Assembly: GCA_036229005.1 (NCBI GenBank)
Contig: JAZAMN010000022.1
Span: forward strand, 1 to 64,000
Direction of reading: 5' to 3'
DNA from: Myxococcota bacterium
GTDB lineage: Bacteria > Myxococcota_A > UBA796 > CAJQPC01
Length of the DNA stretch: 64,000 bases
Shown here one piece after another: positions 10,101-19,205 of this stretch (its first letter is position 1; each line of letters starts with the position of its first letter). Both the position numbers and the translations under genes were made by a program. Below the pieces are notes generated by a model. That model had not been told where the DNA came from. It made no database searches and saw nothing but the letters and a program-made list of their open reading frames with translations.

Positions 10101-10702
10101 CCGACGATGCGGTCCCCCAGCTTGGCGTAGGCGGCCCGCTCGGCGTCCAGAGCAGCGAGAGAGGCGGCGAGGGCGGGCTGGTCCGCAGCATCCGCCTGGG
10201 CCCACCGCTCGGCCTGGACTGCACGCGCCATCTCCAGGGACTCGATGGCATCGGCGAGGTGCGACCGGGTCAGGGCGGGGTGCTGCTCCAACAGGGCCTG
10301 GACGGAGAGCAGGAGGCGGCGCTCGGCGGCGTCGGCGCTCTCTTCGGCGTCCAGGGCCCGGGTGCGGGCGGCGCTGAGCTGACGCTGGGTGCGGGCGTCG
10401 AGCTCGCCCAGGGGCGCGCGGGCCTCCACGGCGCGCAGACGGGCCGCCTGGTCCAGGCGGGAGAGCTGCCCGGCCAGCCACGCGGGGTCCAGCCAGTCTC
10501 CGCCGGAGAGCTCGGGAAACGCGGCCTCCACCGGTGCCTTTCCAGCGTAGAAGCGCTGTGCGGCGCTGCTGCGGGCCTTGGCGGTGGCGGCGCGGGCAGC
10601 GTAGCTGGGCAGATCGCGCTGCTCAGCCAGGGCCTGATCGAGGCCTTGGGCTGCCAGCGGGGGCGACGCCAACGTGAAGATCAGGAGGAGGATTTGGATC
10701 AT
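7103..10702 (-). CDS. Large membrane protein: signal peptide, long coiled-coil, multi-TM block, C-terminal degenerate AAA/P-loop-like domain
   Basis: N-terminal signal; Ala/Glu/Arg-rich helical region; several hydrophobic segments; ALVGDRGAGHGT Walker A-like and VFIIE Walker B-like. Confidence 0.7.
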   Translation of the reverse strand: MIQILLLIFTLASPPLAAQGLDQALAEQRDLPSYAARAATAKARSSAAQRFYAGKAPVEAAFPELSGGDWLDPAWLAGQLSRLDQAARLRAVEARAPLGELDARTQRQLSAARTRALDAEESADAAERRLLLSVQALLEQHPALTRSHLADAIESLEMARAVQAERWAQADAADQPALAASLAALDAERAAYAKLGDRIVGLAVLPGASLELDASALQDPVRAPFAAQRLSLLLPLSDGSVQEPLLGWIEDQRASMQASPPLDIAAPADLEAQIGAVEDRLAQRTEEPVSQAWAALDSLELARLQDAYQRSLEAAEAQQAQDAETLKALDADNQARREADEARSAATDQQARWVAQVLTSVADDHDRATSDNDKLEEHSDAAAELLSGLRTDLTEAKSDVVQARAKSALAGDRQEAIDQAYAELRGQVGLLRRAAISAADSVTDRQEIAAAIRRQVEGSRAQLELDRERVQEMAEGPERAKVTERLKTWDEVLQAMETIASLEETRAFEHQTQVVELLEQAKAERRELRGEISAAERANDRAALVDELRLEFKVVVPRLVSTSDSRLGHLRENLRSLSFWGTLAWGLLRFGLFVLIWRWLRDRLPTITQRVIDLRAREQHRVERQATERLQLPLASASRALLDLLVVGALLRPMEAFFPEAALLMLGWWQFLLLRFLVRLYHLLVARNPANRPALAHVSEAGFTLGERTLRLLAGWGILRQFVGFLTLDLLKADALHRLTMMGFTAALIVLVLVLLHAWEPTLRSMLRRQGGDDRIRAFLTSEPAQPTLTRWIRATADLLLLGSAALWGLLQSKATEGSALGRALNVFYRYSMSDKPEAEAELRPVPESLRAAILEPADPEPVPRPELDEIFYKALGAWERDEAQGTMALVGDRGAGHGTWLESVAKELASRGLGLRRMAIERRILSERDLVCWLADSLELGECVDLETLEARLKDRPKTVFIIEAGERAFLRKVGGFEGMRALFEVVGRMGDQHFWVVCFHLPAWAYLSRLERLLKVHLFHHVVEVPQMTESQLRKLVVSRTQAAGYQVDFTALVRGGALSGDQDGELERATVAFFRVLGEASLGNPAVALRLWVESLRVVDDGHVQVRMGSAVAEDLAKDLGQAELFVLSAVRMQNSLSEAELGMVNNMPPAAVRGSLQVLRGRGLVTSSGQVQVPLRAQAKVTRTLWRRNLLDWRE

Positions 10703-10791
10703 TCTGGCGAGAGCGTATCTCGACTGAGCTGCTGCGCGCTCACAGGTGCTTGACGCGGGTTAGCTGGGCAACCCAATTCAAAGGAGCGCTT

Positions 10792-11346
10792 GTGGCCCAT
10801 CCCTGGCATGACCTGCCCAACAACCCCGACACCGCGGGGGACTACTTCAACGTCGTCATCGAGATCCCGCGGGGATCCAAGGTCAAGTACGAGCTGGACA
10901 AGCCCAGCGGGTTGCTGCGCGTGGACCGCGTGCTCTACAGCTCGGTCATCTACCCGGCCAACTACGGCTTCCTGCCCCGCACCTACTGCGGTGACCACGA
11001 TCCCCTGGACGTGCTGGTGCTCGGCTACGAGTCCGTGCAGCCCGGCGCCATCATGCAGACCCGCGCCATCGGGGTCATGCGTATGGAGGACGAGGGCGAG
11101 CCCGACGACAAGATCATCGCGGTGCACGTGAACGACCCCGCGTTCTGCGACTACACCGACATCCACCAGCTCCCCGTGCACCTCTTCAAGGAGATCCAGC
11201 GCTTCTTCGAGGACTACAAGCAGCTCGAGCACAAGACCGTCAAGGTGAACAGCTGGGGCGGCAACGAGGAGGCTCTGGCCTGCGTGAAGGAGGCCATGGC
11301 CTTCTACCGCGCCGAGGAGCACAAGCTCCGCGGCTGGGGCGACTGA
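10792..11346 (+). CDS. ppa: Inorganic pyrophosphatase (family I)
   Basis: HPWHD, VIEIPRGSKVKYELDK, YPANYGFLPRT, DHDPLD, DDKIIAV; AGGAG RBS before GTG. Confidence 0.95.
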   Translation: MAHPWHDLPNNPDTAGDYFNVVIEIPRGSKVKYELDKPSGLLRVDRVLYSSVIYPANYGFLPRTYCGDHDPLDVLVLGYESVQPGAIMQTRAIGVMRMEDEGEPDDKIIAVHVNDPAFCDYTDIHQLPVHLFKEIQRFFEDYKQLEHKTVKVNSWGGNEEALACVKEAMAFYRAEEHKLRGWGD

Positions 11347-11483
11347 GTCCGCCGTGAGGCAGCCGCCCAGGGTGGCTGCCTCACCTCAGCGGCCTGAGGC
11401 GGGCTGGTGGTCAGGACGATCCGCCCCCAAACCCGCCTCAAGGCTCGCCACCCGCGTCCGACTCCCCTCCCCGAGGAGAGCTC

Positions 11484-12671
11484 GTGGGACGCCTGCCGAC
11501 GCGCACGCTGCTGAACAACACCCTGGGCTTCGCCCTGGCCTTCGCGGCCTGGGTGGCGCTGGGTCCTGCTGCGCGCAGCGTGGGGGCGGAGCTGGGCCTG
11601 AGCCCCGGGGCCACCGAGTGGCTGCGGGCGACGCCCATGCTCACAGGCTCGGTCCTGCGCATCCCCATCGGGGTGCTCGCGGACCGGCTCGGCGCCCGCC
11701 GCACCTTCTCGGCGCTGCTGCTCGCGGGCGCGGGGGGCGCGCTGGTCCTGGCCAGCGCACAGGGTACGGTCGCCGCCTTCTCCGGCGCGCTGATCCTGGG
11801 CCTTGTGGGCACGACCTTTGTGGTCGGGGTGCAGGCCGTGAGCGCCCAGACTCCGGGCCCCCTGCGCGGCACGGCGCTGGGGCTCTTCGGCGCCGGCAAC
11901 CTGGGCACCGCCCTGACCACGATGGGGCTGCCCTGGGTGCTGGAGGCGTGGGGCTGGCGCCCGGCGATGGTGGGCTACGCGGCGGTCCTGGGGCTGAGCG
12001 CGGTGGGCTACTGGGCCGCCGCGGGCGACAGCGATGCGGACAAGCCCCGGGTGACCTCGTCTGCGGGCTCAGCGCTCAAGCCGCTCGCGCACCCGGATGC
12101 CTGGCGGTTGTCCCTGGCGTATGCAGCGAGCTTTGGCGGCTTCCTCTGCCTCTCCCTGACCCTGACGGACTGGTACGCGGATCTGGGGCGCGAGCTCAAG
12201 GCCGCGGGCACCCTGGCGACGGTGTTCACCTTCACCGCCTCTCTGGCGCGCATCCCGGGGGGTTGGGTGGCGGACCGCTGGCCCACCCGTCCCTGGCTGC
12301 GCATCTCGCTCGCGGTGGCGGGGCTGCTGGTGCTCCCCACGCTGCTGCGCTGGCCCCTGGGGATCGCGGTCCCGGCGCTCTTTGCGGCGGCCCTGAGCAT
12401 GGGCGTGGCCATGACGGCGACCTTCCGCGCGATCCCGGAGCGCTTCCCCACGCAGGTGGGCGCGGTCGGGGGATTGGTCGGGGCGCTGGGTGGACTGGGG
12501 GGCTTCTTCCTGCCTCCCCTTGGGGCCGCGCTGGAGACCGCGACCGCCTGGCAGGGCGTGCGATTCCTGCCGCTGGTCCTGCTCGGGCTCGTGGCCGCAG
12601 CCCTGGCCCCGAGAACGCGCCGCGCCGCGGCGGACGATGTGAATGAGCCAAGCCTTCGGAGGGCGGCATGA
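11484..12671 (+). CDS. MFS nitrate/nitrite porter (NarK/NasA-like)
   Basis: [52 protein letters not shown]: both NNP signatures and both conserved arginines. Confidence 0.8.
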   Translation: MGRLPTRTLLNNTLGFALAFAAWVALGPAARSVGAELGLSPGATEWLRATPMLTGSVLRIPIGVLADRLGARRTFSALLLAGAGGALVLASAQGTVAAFSGALILGLVGTTFVVGVQAVSAQTPGPLRGTALGLFGAGNLGTALTTMGLPWVLEAWGWRPAMVGYAAVLGLSAVGYWAAAGDSDADKPRVTSSAGSALKPLAHPDAWRLSLAYAASFGGFLCLSLTLTDWYADLGRELKAAGTLATVFTFTASLARIPGGWVADRWPTRPWLRISLAVAGLLVLPTLLRWPLGIAVPALFAAALSMGVAMTATFRAIPERFPTQVGAVGGLVGALGGLGGFFLPPLGAALETATAWQGVRFLPLVLLGLVAAALAPRTRRAAADDVNEPSLRRAA

Positions 12672-14188
12672 ATGAGGTCTCCTACCAGGAAGCCCTGAAC
12701 CTGGCCGGGCGTCAGCGGATGCTCAACCAGCGCGCCATCAAGGAGGCGCTGGCCTGCAAGCTGGGACAGACCCTGGACCCCCAGTCGACCCTGACGCTGC
12801 TGGAGCAGAGCGGGCGCGCGCTCCAGATGGGCGGTGAAGCCCAGGGCGCCTCGGGGAGCCTCCACCTCCCGAAGCCACCCACCGACGCGCTGTTCGGGGC
12901 GATGGAGCAGGCCAACCGCGCCTACACCGAGCTGCGCAAGCTGCTGGAGGGCTTCCTGGCCGACCAGGTCCCGCTGCCGGCGCTGCTCAGCCACGGCGAT
13001 CAGGTGCACACCAAGGCCAACCGCGTGTGCACCCTCTACGCCAACGCCATCGACGAGCTGCTGGCCCGGCAGACCCGGGAGTCCCAGCGGATCCTGGAGG
13101 CCTGCCAACGCGGCGAGCTGGACTTCCGCGGCGAGACTCTGGGGCTGGCGCCGAGCGTGCGCGGGCCCATCGAGTCCACCAACGCCGTGCTCGATGCGGT
13201 GCTGGCCCCCATCCCCCAGGCGCTGGAGGTGCTGGCCAAGGTGGGCCAGGGCGACCTGCGCGAGCGCATCGACACCAGCGAATACGTGGGCGACCACGCC
13301 CGCCTGGCCCAGGGCGTGAACCAGAGCGTGGAGACCCTGAACGACCTGCTCTGGGACCTGCGTCCGGTGAGCGAGGAGGTCGCGGACCAGGCCCACACCC
13401 TGCAGGCCACCGCTCTGCATCTGGCCACCAGCACCCAGCAGCAGGGCGGGTCCATCGAGGAGGTCGACAGCCTGCTCAAGCGCCTGGTCAGCGGCCTGGA
13501 TGAGCACGCCCAGGTGGCCGACAAGGCCGCGGAGCTGGCGACCACCAGCGACGAGACCCTGCGGGGCTCCAGCGAACACCTGAGCGACTTCCTGGGCTCC
13601 ATCCAGAGCCTGGAGGAGGGCGTCGAGCGCATCGCGAACTTCTTGACGGTCATCGACGACATCGCCTTCCAGACCGACCTGCTCGCTCTGAACGCGGCGG
13701 TGGAGGCGGCGCGGGCGGGGAACCACGGCAACGGGTTCGCGGTGGTCGCGCAGGAGGTCCGCGCGCTTGCGCTGCGCAGCTCCAAGGCCAGCTCACAGAT
13801 GGAGGAGGTCGTGTCGTTGCTGGACCGGAACATGTCGCGGGCCGAGTCCCTGGCCAACACCACAGCGCGGGAGCTCCAGGAGGTCTCGGCGGCCTCGGCG
13901 CGGCTGGGGACGCACTCCCACACCCTGGCCCAGGCCAGCAAGCAACAGGTCGAGGAGATCCGACGCACCCAGGCGGCGATGTCGGAGCTGAGGACCACCA
14001 GTGAAGACGGCCAGCGCGCCGCCCGCCAGGTCGCCGGGGCCTCCAAGCAGCTCAGCGCCGGGGCCCAGCGCCTCCAGCAGCTCCAGGGCCGCTTCGAGCT
14101 CGCCCCGCAGACAGCGCAGCCGGTGCACGGCTTCGACCCCGAGCTGGTGGCCAAGGTCCGGGAGTGGCTGGAGCGGGGAGCCGCCTGA
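12668..14188 (+). CDS. Soluble methyl-accepting chemotaxis protein with N-terminal PilJ/NarX-like sensor domain
   Basis: [15 protein letters not shown]-box-like motif; [37 protein letters not shown] signalling tip; no TM segment seen. Confidence 0.88.
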   Translation: MNEVSYQEALNLAGRQRMLNQRAIKEALACKLGQTLDPQSTLTLLEQSGRALQMGGEAQGASGSLHLPKPPTDALFGAMEQANRAYTELRKLLEGFLADQVPLPALLSHGDQVHTKANRVCTLYANAIDELLARQTRESQRILEACQRGELDFRGETLGLAPSVRGPIESTNAVLDAVLAPIPQALEVLAKVGQGDLRERIDTSEYVGDHARLAQGVNQSVETLNDLLWDLRPVSEEVADQAHTLQATALHLATSTQQQGGSIEEVDSLLKRLVSGLDEHAQVADKAAELATTSDETLRGSSEHLSDFLGSIQSLEEGVERIANFLTVIDDIAFQTDLLALNAAVEAARAGNHGNGFAVVAQEVRALALRSSKASSQMEEVVSLLDRNMSRAESLANTTARELQEVSAASARLGTHSHTLAQASKQQVEEIRRTQAAMSELRTTSEDGQRAARQVAGASKQLSAGAQRLQQLQGRFELAPQTAQPVHGFDPELVAKVREWLERGAA

Positions 14189-14218
14189 GCGCATATGCTC
14201 CCTCCAACTGGAGGACGA

Positions 14219-14653
14219 ATGCTCTTGCTGCTGCTGGCCTGCAGCGCCGACTGGGAGCCCGCGGTGGACCCGCTGCAGGTCCTGGCCTGGGCCCCGACCG
14301 TCGACGCGCCGGGCACCATCGACACCCCCCTGCACCTGAGCTTCAACGCGCGCCTGGATAGCCAGACGCTGGACAGCATCGCGCTGCTGAACGCCCAAGA
14401 GCAGGTGGTCCCCGCCGACATCTCCGCAGAGGGCCTGCGCCCGACGCTCTGGGTGGAGCCCGAGCGCTCCTTGCAGCCCGGCGCCACCTACACCCTGGTC
14501 CTGGACGTGGGCCTGGAGGGCGTGGGCGGGCAGCTCCTGGGCGGTCCGGTCCAGGTCCCCTTCGCCACCCTGGGCCCCGACGACGCGCCCGAGGACACCG
14601 GTGAGCCCGGCGACACCAGCGAGCCCGCGGACACCGGCGACACGGGCGATTAG
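14219..14653 (+). CDS. Small lipoprotein with Ig-like (SbsA/Big_5-type) domain
   Basis: MLLLLLAC after GGAGG; LHLSFNARLD...PERSLQPGATYTLVL; acidic DTG tail. Confidence 0.65.
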   Translation: MLLLLLACSADWEPAVDPLQVLAWAPTVDAPGTIDTPLHLSFNARLDSQTLDSIALLNAQEQVVPADISAEGLRPTLWVEPERSLQPGATYTLVLDVGLEGVGGQLLGGPVQVPFATLGPDDAPEDTGEPGDTSEPADTGDTGD

Positions 14654-14703
14654 CCCCGCTGCCCGCTGCTCCTCCCGCGCCCTCGGCGGTTAGACTGTGC
14701 GCG

Positions 14704-15987
14704 ATGTGGCCCTTCACCCGCAGCGCCTCCGCCCAGGACGCACCGCCCGCCGACGCTCCCGCCGAGGCTCCCGCTGAAGCCCCTGTGGATGGAGCGCCCG
14801 CCGACGGACTCCCGCCGGATGCGCAAGCCCCAGAGGGAGTGGATCCCGGCGCTGCGGACACGGTCGACCCCACCTCGCTTGGGGACGGTGGCCTCCTGAC
14901 CCCTGATGGACTGCTGGGCACTGGCGAGGTGCAGTCGCCCGCTCCGGACACCGAGGAGCCGGTCTTCCAGACCTCCGACACCCTGCTGGAGGACACCAGC
15001 CGGCTCGCGGAGCGCCTGACCCACATCCCCGAGGGCGAGTCCGCGCTGGAGGCTGGGCAGTCCACCCTCTCGGGCTTCCTGGAGCTGCACCTGTTCACCA
15101 TCGGACAGGTGGAGATCACGCCGGGTCGCCTGCTGCTGGCCGGCCTGACCCTGGCGGCCACCTTCGGGCTGTCCAAGATCATCCGCCGCACCACGCGCCG
15201 GGCCTTCCACATGCGCGGCGTCACGGACGCTGGCCGGATCGGCGTCACCAACCGCCTGATCCACTACGTGATCCTGCTGATCGGCTTCTCCCTGTCGCTG
15301 GAGGCCATGGGGATCCACCTCAGCGCCCTGTTCGCGGCCGGCGCCATCTTCGCGGTGGGCATCGGCTTCGCGATGCAGAACATCGTCCAGAACTTCGTCT
15401 CGGGCGTGATCCTGCTGCTGGAGCGCTCGATCAAGCCCGAGGACGTGCTGGAGATCGACGGCCAGATCGTGCGCGTCGAGCAGATGGGCATCCGCGCCAC
15501 GGTGGTCCGCACCCGCGACGAAGAAGAGCTGATCGTCCCCAACGGCGTGCTGGTCCAGAACTCGGTGAAGAACTTCACCAAGCGGGACCGGCTCTACCGC
15601 GTGCGCGCGTCGGTGGGGGTGGCCTACGGCTCGGACATGACCCGGGTCGAGGAGGCCCTTTTGGAGGCCGGCCACGCCATGCCCGGCCGCGACGACAGCC
15701 GCGTGCCCCAGGTGCTGCTGATCGGCTTCGGCAACAACACCGTGGACTGGGAGTTGTCGGTGTGGACCCAGGATCCCTGGCGGATGCTGGTGACCCGCTC
15801 GGAGCTCAACAAGCGGATCTGGAAGGCCTTCAAGGTCTACGGCATCGAGATCGCCTTCCCCCAGGTGGACCTGCACCTGGACGACGCGGTGGTGGACGCG
15901 ATCGCAGGCCGCGTGCGGGTGGCGTCCAAGCCCCAGGAGGACCGGGAGACCGAGGCCGGCGAGAAGGCCGAGAGCTCCGAGGGCTGA
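14704..15987 (+). CDS. MscS-family mechanosensitive channel with low-complexity N-terminus
   Basis: VGIGFAMQNIVQNFVSGVILLLERSIK, IVPNG, VGVAYGSD, IEIAFPQ. Confidence 0.9.
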   Translation: MWPFTRSASAQDAPPADAPAEAPAEAPVDGAPADGLPPDAQAPEGVDPGAADTVDPTSLGDGGLLTPDGLLGTGEVQSPAPDTEEPVFQTSDTLLEDTSRLAERLTHIPEGESALEAGQSTLSGFLELHLFTIGQVEITPGRLLLAGLTLAATFGLSKIIRRTTRRAFHMRGVTDAGRIGVTNRLIHYVILLIGFSLSLEAMGIHLSALFAAGAIFAVGIGFAMQNIVQNFVSGVILLLERSIKPEDVLEIDGQIVRVEQMGIRATVVRTRDEEELIVPNGVLVQNSVKNFTKRDRLYRVRASVGVAYGSDMTRVEEALLEAGHAMPGRDDSRVPQVLLIGFGNNTVDWELSVWTQDPWRMLVTRSELNKRIWKAFKVYGIEIAFPQVDLHLDDAVVDAIAGRVRVASKPQEDRETEAGEKAESSEG

Positions 15988-16857
15988 GTGCTGCTGCTCG
16001 CTGTCCTCGCCTGCGCCGCAGAGCTCGAGCCGGTGTCGGGCTGGCCAGAGGCCGGGTGTGTGAGCCAACACGCTCCGGTGACGGGACACAGCCTCGTCAG
16101 CTCCCAGACCGGGACCCTGGAGGGGCTGCAGGTGGGGCTGCTTGTGCCCATGGAGCCGGGCTGCTACCCGGCCGTGGTGATGGTGCCTCCGGGGATCGAG
16201 GCCGGGGTGGGCGCGCTGGACGAGTCCCCGGCGATGCACCTGGCGGCGTCGGGGGTGGTCGTGGCGGCCTACGACCCCAGCGGGCGGGGGCTGAGCGCAG
16301 GGGTGGAGGACTACGGCGGGCCGGCGCACCGGGAGGATCTGGCGCAGGTGCTGCGGGTGGTGGCTGCGCGCGAGGATGTGGACCCCAGCCGCGTCTGGGT
16401 CTTGTCCCGGAGCTACGGAGTGGGCGTGTCGGCGGCCACACTCGCGGGGCTCACCCCCCAGGCTGCTGGGCTCATCGACCTGGAGGGACCGGCGCGGCTG
16501 CCCGAGGACCTGGAGCACGTGGACGACCAGGCCCGCCAGACGCTGGAGTCCGCGGCGACGGGGCCGGACTGGTACACGGAGCGCAGCGCGGCGGAGCACA
16601 TTGGGCGGGTGCCGGGGCACTACCTGCGCATCCAGGCGCTCGCGGACCACGCCACCGGGGAGTGGCTGGGGCACGCGCTGACGCTGCTGAACGCGGCGTG
16701 GCAGGGGGAGGCCGCCAGCGTGAGGCTCAACGGGCAAGGGGGCGGGCCCTGGGAGTACGAGCAGGTGCAGGCGCAGGCGCTGGAGGGGCGGGTGAAGCTG
16801 GATGACGAGCGGGTGCACGCGCTGCTGCTGCAGGCGCTCTCCCAGGGGATAGACTGA
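15988..16857 (+). CDS. Alpha/beta hydrolase, putative lipoprotein
   Basis: YDPSGRGLSAG, VDPSRVWVLSRSYG nucleophile elbow; MLLLAVLAC. Confidence 0.7.
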   Translation: MLLLAVLACAAELEPVSGWPEAGCVSQHAPVTGHSLVSSQTGTLEGLQVGLLVPMEPGCYPAVVMVPPGIEAGVGALDESPAMHLAASGVVVAAYDPSGRGLSAGVEDYGGPAHREDLAQVLRVVAAREDVDPSRVWVLSRSYGVGVSAATLAGLTPQAAGLIDLEGPARLPEDLEHVDDQARQTLESAATGPDWYTERSAAEHIGRVPGHYLRIQALADHATGEWLGHALTLLNAAWQGEAASVRLNGQGGGPWEYEQVQAQALEGRVKLDDERVHALLLQALSQGID

Positions 16858-16872
16858 AGGCAGGAGACCCCC

Positions 16873-17277
16873 ATGAAGCGACTCTCGATCCTGGCCCTCG
16901 GCGCGCTGGCCGCCTGCACGGCGACCCCCTCGGACACCAGCGAGCAGCCCGGCGTGGCGGTGCTGACCATGAACTACAGCTTCGAGGGCTTCGTGCCCCA
17001 AGCCACGGACTGCCAGACCGCCTACGCCGAGAGCCTGTACGTGGATCTGGAGCACAGCTCCGGCGAGACCCGGCTGCTGCCCCGCCCCTGCGAGAACGCC
17101 GCCATCGTGCTGGACGACCTGCAGACCGGGGCGTGGATCCTGGAGCTGCGCACGGTCTCCGACCCCGAGACGCACACCGGAATCTGGGCGACCACGCCGG
17201 TCACCGACCTGAGCCTCGCGGACGGCGACAACAGCGTGGACCTGGTGCTGACCTGCCAGAGCAACTGCGGGGAGTAG
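16873..17277 (+). CDS. Hypothetical lipoprotein
   Basis: AGGAG RBS; MKRLSILALGALAAC lipobox. Confidence 0.7.
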   Translation: MKRLSILALGALAACTATPSDTSEQPGVAVLTMNYSFEGFVPQATDCQTAYAESLYVDLEHSSGETRLLPRPCENAAIVLDDLQTGAWILELRTVSDPETHTGIWATTPVTDLSLADGDNSVDLVLTCQSNCGE

Positions 17278-17292
17278 CCCTGGCGGGCCGGG

Positions 17293-18174
17293 TCACGGGG
17301 TGTGGTAGAAGTTCCCGGTGGAGCTGGGGTAGATGAACGCCGTGGTGCCCGCCGGCGGCGTCCCCATGTAGCAGTTGGCCCCATCGTAGCTGCCGTAGGC
17401 GCAGTAGGGGCTGGTGGTGATGTACAGGTTGCCGTCCTGGAGGAACCCGGTGGTCCCCTCGGGGATCGCGCCCAGGTAGCAGTTGGCGCCGTCGAAGACT
17501 CCGTAGGGGCACGCCCCCGCCACATTGGTCGTGGTGTACAGACCGCCCCGCCAGATGAAGCCCTTGCTCCCCTTGGGGACACTGGCGACGAGGCAGTTGG
17601 CGCCGTCGTAGCTCCCCATCAGGCAGACCTCCTGGGGGAAGAGGTAGTAGTTGTTGGCCCAGACAAAGCCCTCCTCCCCTGCCGGGACGGCATCGATGTA
17701 GCAGTTCGCGTTGTCGTACCAAGGCTGGATCGTGGCGCCGTCGTAGACCATGGACTCGCCGCAAGGCAGCGGGGGATCCAAGGTGAGCTCAGTCTCGTTG
17801 GGGCAGCCCACGCAGACCAGGCCGTTGACCTCGAACTCGGGGAGGCCCCCACTGTGGCCGGTGTAGTACAGGTAGTACTGGAAGGTCATCCCCGAGACCT
17901 GCGAGTCGCTGAGGTCGATGAGCACGTGGAGCTCGTCCGGCGGGGTGGCAAAGTCGGTCTGGACCTGGGTGAACCAGGCGTAGCCCGAGGGGGTGACATC
18001 ACAGGCGACGCTGGACACAGTGGGGACAGCGCCAATGCCGGTGCCCGTCCAGGAATCGATCTGGACGCACTCCATAGCCGCAGCTCGGCCGGAAGCCGCC
18101 GCTGCGCCGAAGAAGGCGACGCCAAAAGCCGCCACAGTGAATGCCTTGGCGAGAGAGAGAGAAGGGGTTCGCAT
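17293..18174 (-). CDS. Secreted protein with four ~36-aa (Y/F)D(G/N)ANC repeats
   Basis: Signal MRTPSLSLAKAFTVAAFGVAFFGAAAA; YDNANCY, YDGANCL, FDGANCY, YDGANCY units. Confidence 0.75.
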   Translation of the reverse strand: MRTPSLSLAKAFTVAAFGVAFFGAAAASGRAAAMECVQIDSWTGTGIGAVPTVSSVACDVTPSGYAWFTQVQTDFATPPDELHVLIDLSDSQVSGMTFQYYLYYTGHSGGLPEFEVNGLVCVGCPNETELTLDPPLPCGESMVYDGATIQPWYDNANCYIDAVPAGEEGFVWANNYYLFPQEVCLMGSYDGANCLVASVPKGSKGFIWRGGLYTTTNVAGACPYGVFDGANCYLGAIPEGTTGFLQDGNLYITTSPYCAYGSYDGANCYMGTPPAGTTAFIYPSSTGNFYHTP

Positions 18175-18293
18175 CGAGAGCTCCCAAACGGGTCCGAGAT
18201 GTGGATCCCGCGCCCCAGAACGACCCGCGCGACCCGCCATCAGACTGGTGCGTTCCCTGGCGACTCGACTCCCCCAGATCTCTTACCGCCGGG

Positions 18294-19118
18294 TCAGTGA
18301 CCGTTCACCAGTGGCGTGACCCGCTCGCGCAGGTGCTTGGGCAACCGGGCATCCAAGGCGGCCACGATCTCGCGCGCCCGGTAGCGCCCGGAGAAGTGCG
18401 TGAGCAGGATGGACTCGTTCTCGAAGAGCTCGGCCCGCTCGACGACCTCGTCCAGGTGGATGTGCCCCTTGGAGCGGCACTGCTCGACCGTGACCTGGTC
18501 GTCCACGAAGGTGACCTCCATGACCAGGACCTTGGCCTTGCGCACGACCTCTTCACGCTCGACGACCTCGATGAGGCTGTCGCCGGTGAAGGCCAGCACG
18601 GGGTACTCCAGGGTCTCGGTGACCTGGGTCCCCGACAGGCGCAGGTCCCGGATCTGGTGACCGCTCAGCCCCTGGAACTCGGCCTTGAGCTTGCGCTTGG
18701 TGCTCCAGATCCCGTAGCCCTGGCAGGGCACCCGGTGCACCGAGCGGAAGGGCCGGGCCACGTGGCCGTTGCGCAGGGGGATCTCATCGCCGGGCCCCGC
18801 CACGATCAGCTTGTGGGCCAGGCGGCTGCGGTCCAGGCGGCGATAGGCCTTGAAGAGCGCTTTGAAGGCGTCTTCGTTCTCGGGGCCGATCACGTAGGTG
18901 GGCGGCTCCAGGCCCATCAGCCCGCGGGTGGCGGCGTGGTAGCAGACGCCCCCCACGTGATCCATGTGGCCGTGGGTGATCAGCACCGTGTCTTGCAGCA
19001 CCGCGCTCCGCGGGCAGCGGCCGATGTCCAGGCAGGCCTTGAGCCCCGGGAGCTGGATGCAGGTCTCCAGTCCGCCCACGCTGGTGGCGTCGATGGCGAT
19101 GCCGGAGAGCTGGAGCAT
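18294..19118 (-). CDS. Metallo-beta-lactamase fold ribonuclease Z-like protein
   Basis: SVGGLETC...DIGRCP, THGHMDH, HRVPCQGY, FTGD, EVTF, GHIH, THFSGRY. Confidence 0.8.
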   Translation of the reverse strand: MLQLSGIAIDATSVGGLETCIQLPGLKACLDIGRCPRSAVLQDTVLITHGHMDHVGGVCYHAATRGLMGLEPPTYVIGPENEDAFKALFKAYRRLDRSRLAHKLIVAGPGDEIPLRNGHVARPFRSVHRVPCQGYGIWSTKRKLKAEFQGLSGHQIRDLRLSGTQVTETLEYPVLAFTGDSLIEVVEREEVVRKAKVLVMEVTFVDDQVTVEQCRSKGHIHLDEVVERAELFENESILLTHFSGRYRAREIVAALDARLPKHLRERVTPLVNGH

Positions 19119-19205
19119 GCGGTGGATCCTGGGTCAAGGAGACGGGGGCCCCCCATTTAGCCCCTGACAAGATGTTAGGACAGGGGCCCGTTTGGAGTCC
19201 CTCAC

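Noticed and set aside
7082..10753. 1223-aa plus-strand ORF and similar long ORFs (5145..7562, 14650..17175, 40473..42938, 46066..50127, 53153..55387)
   Set aside because: Antisense shadows of real genes caused by high GC3; no motifs and biased composition
18151..18162. (GA)6 tract as a phase-variation switch
   Set aside because: Short, in frame (encodes SLSL), and no evidence of variation
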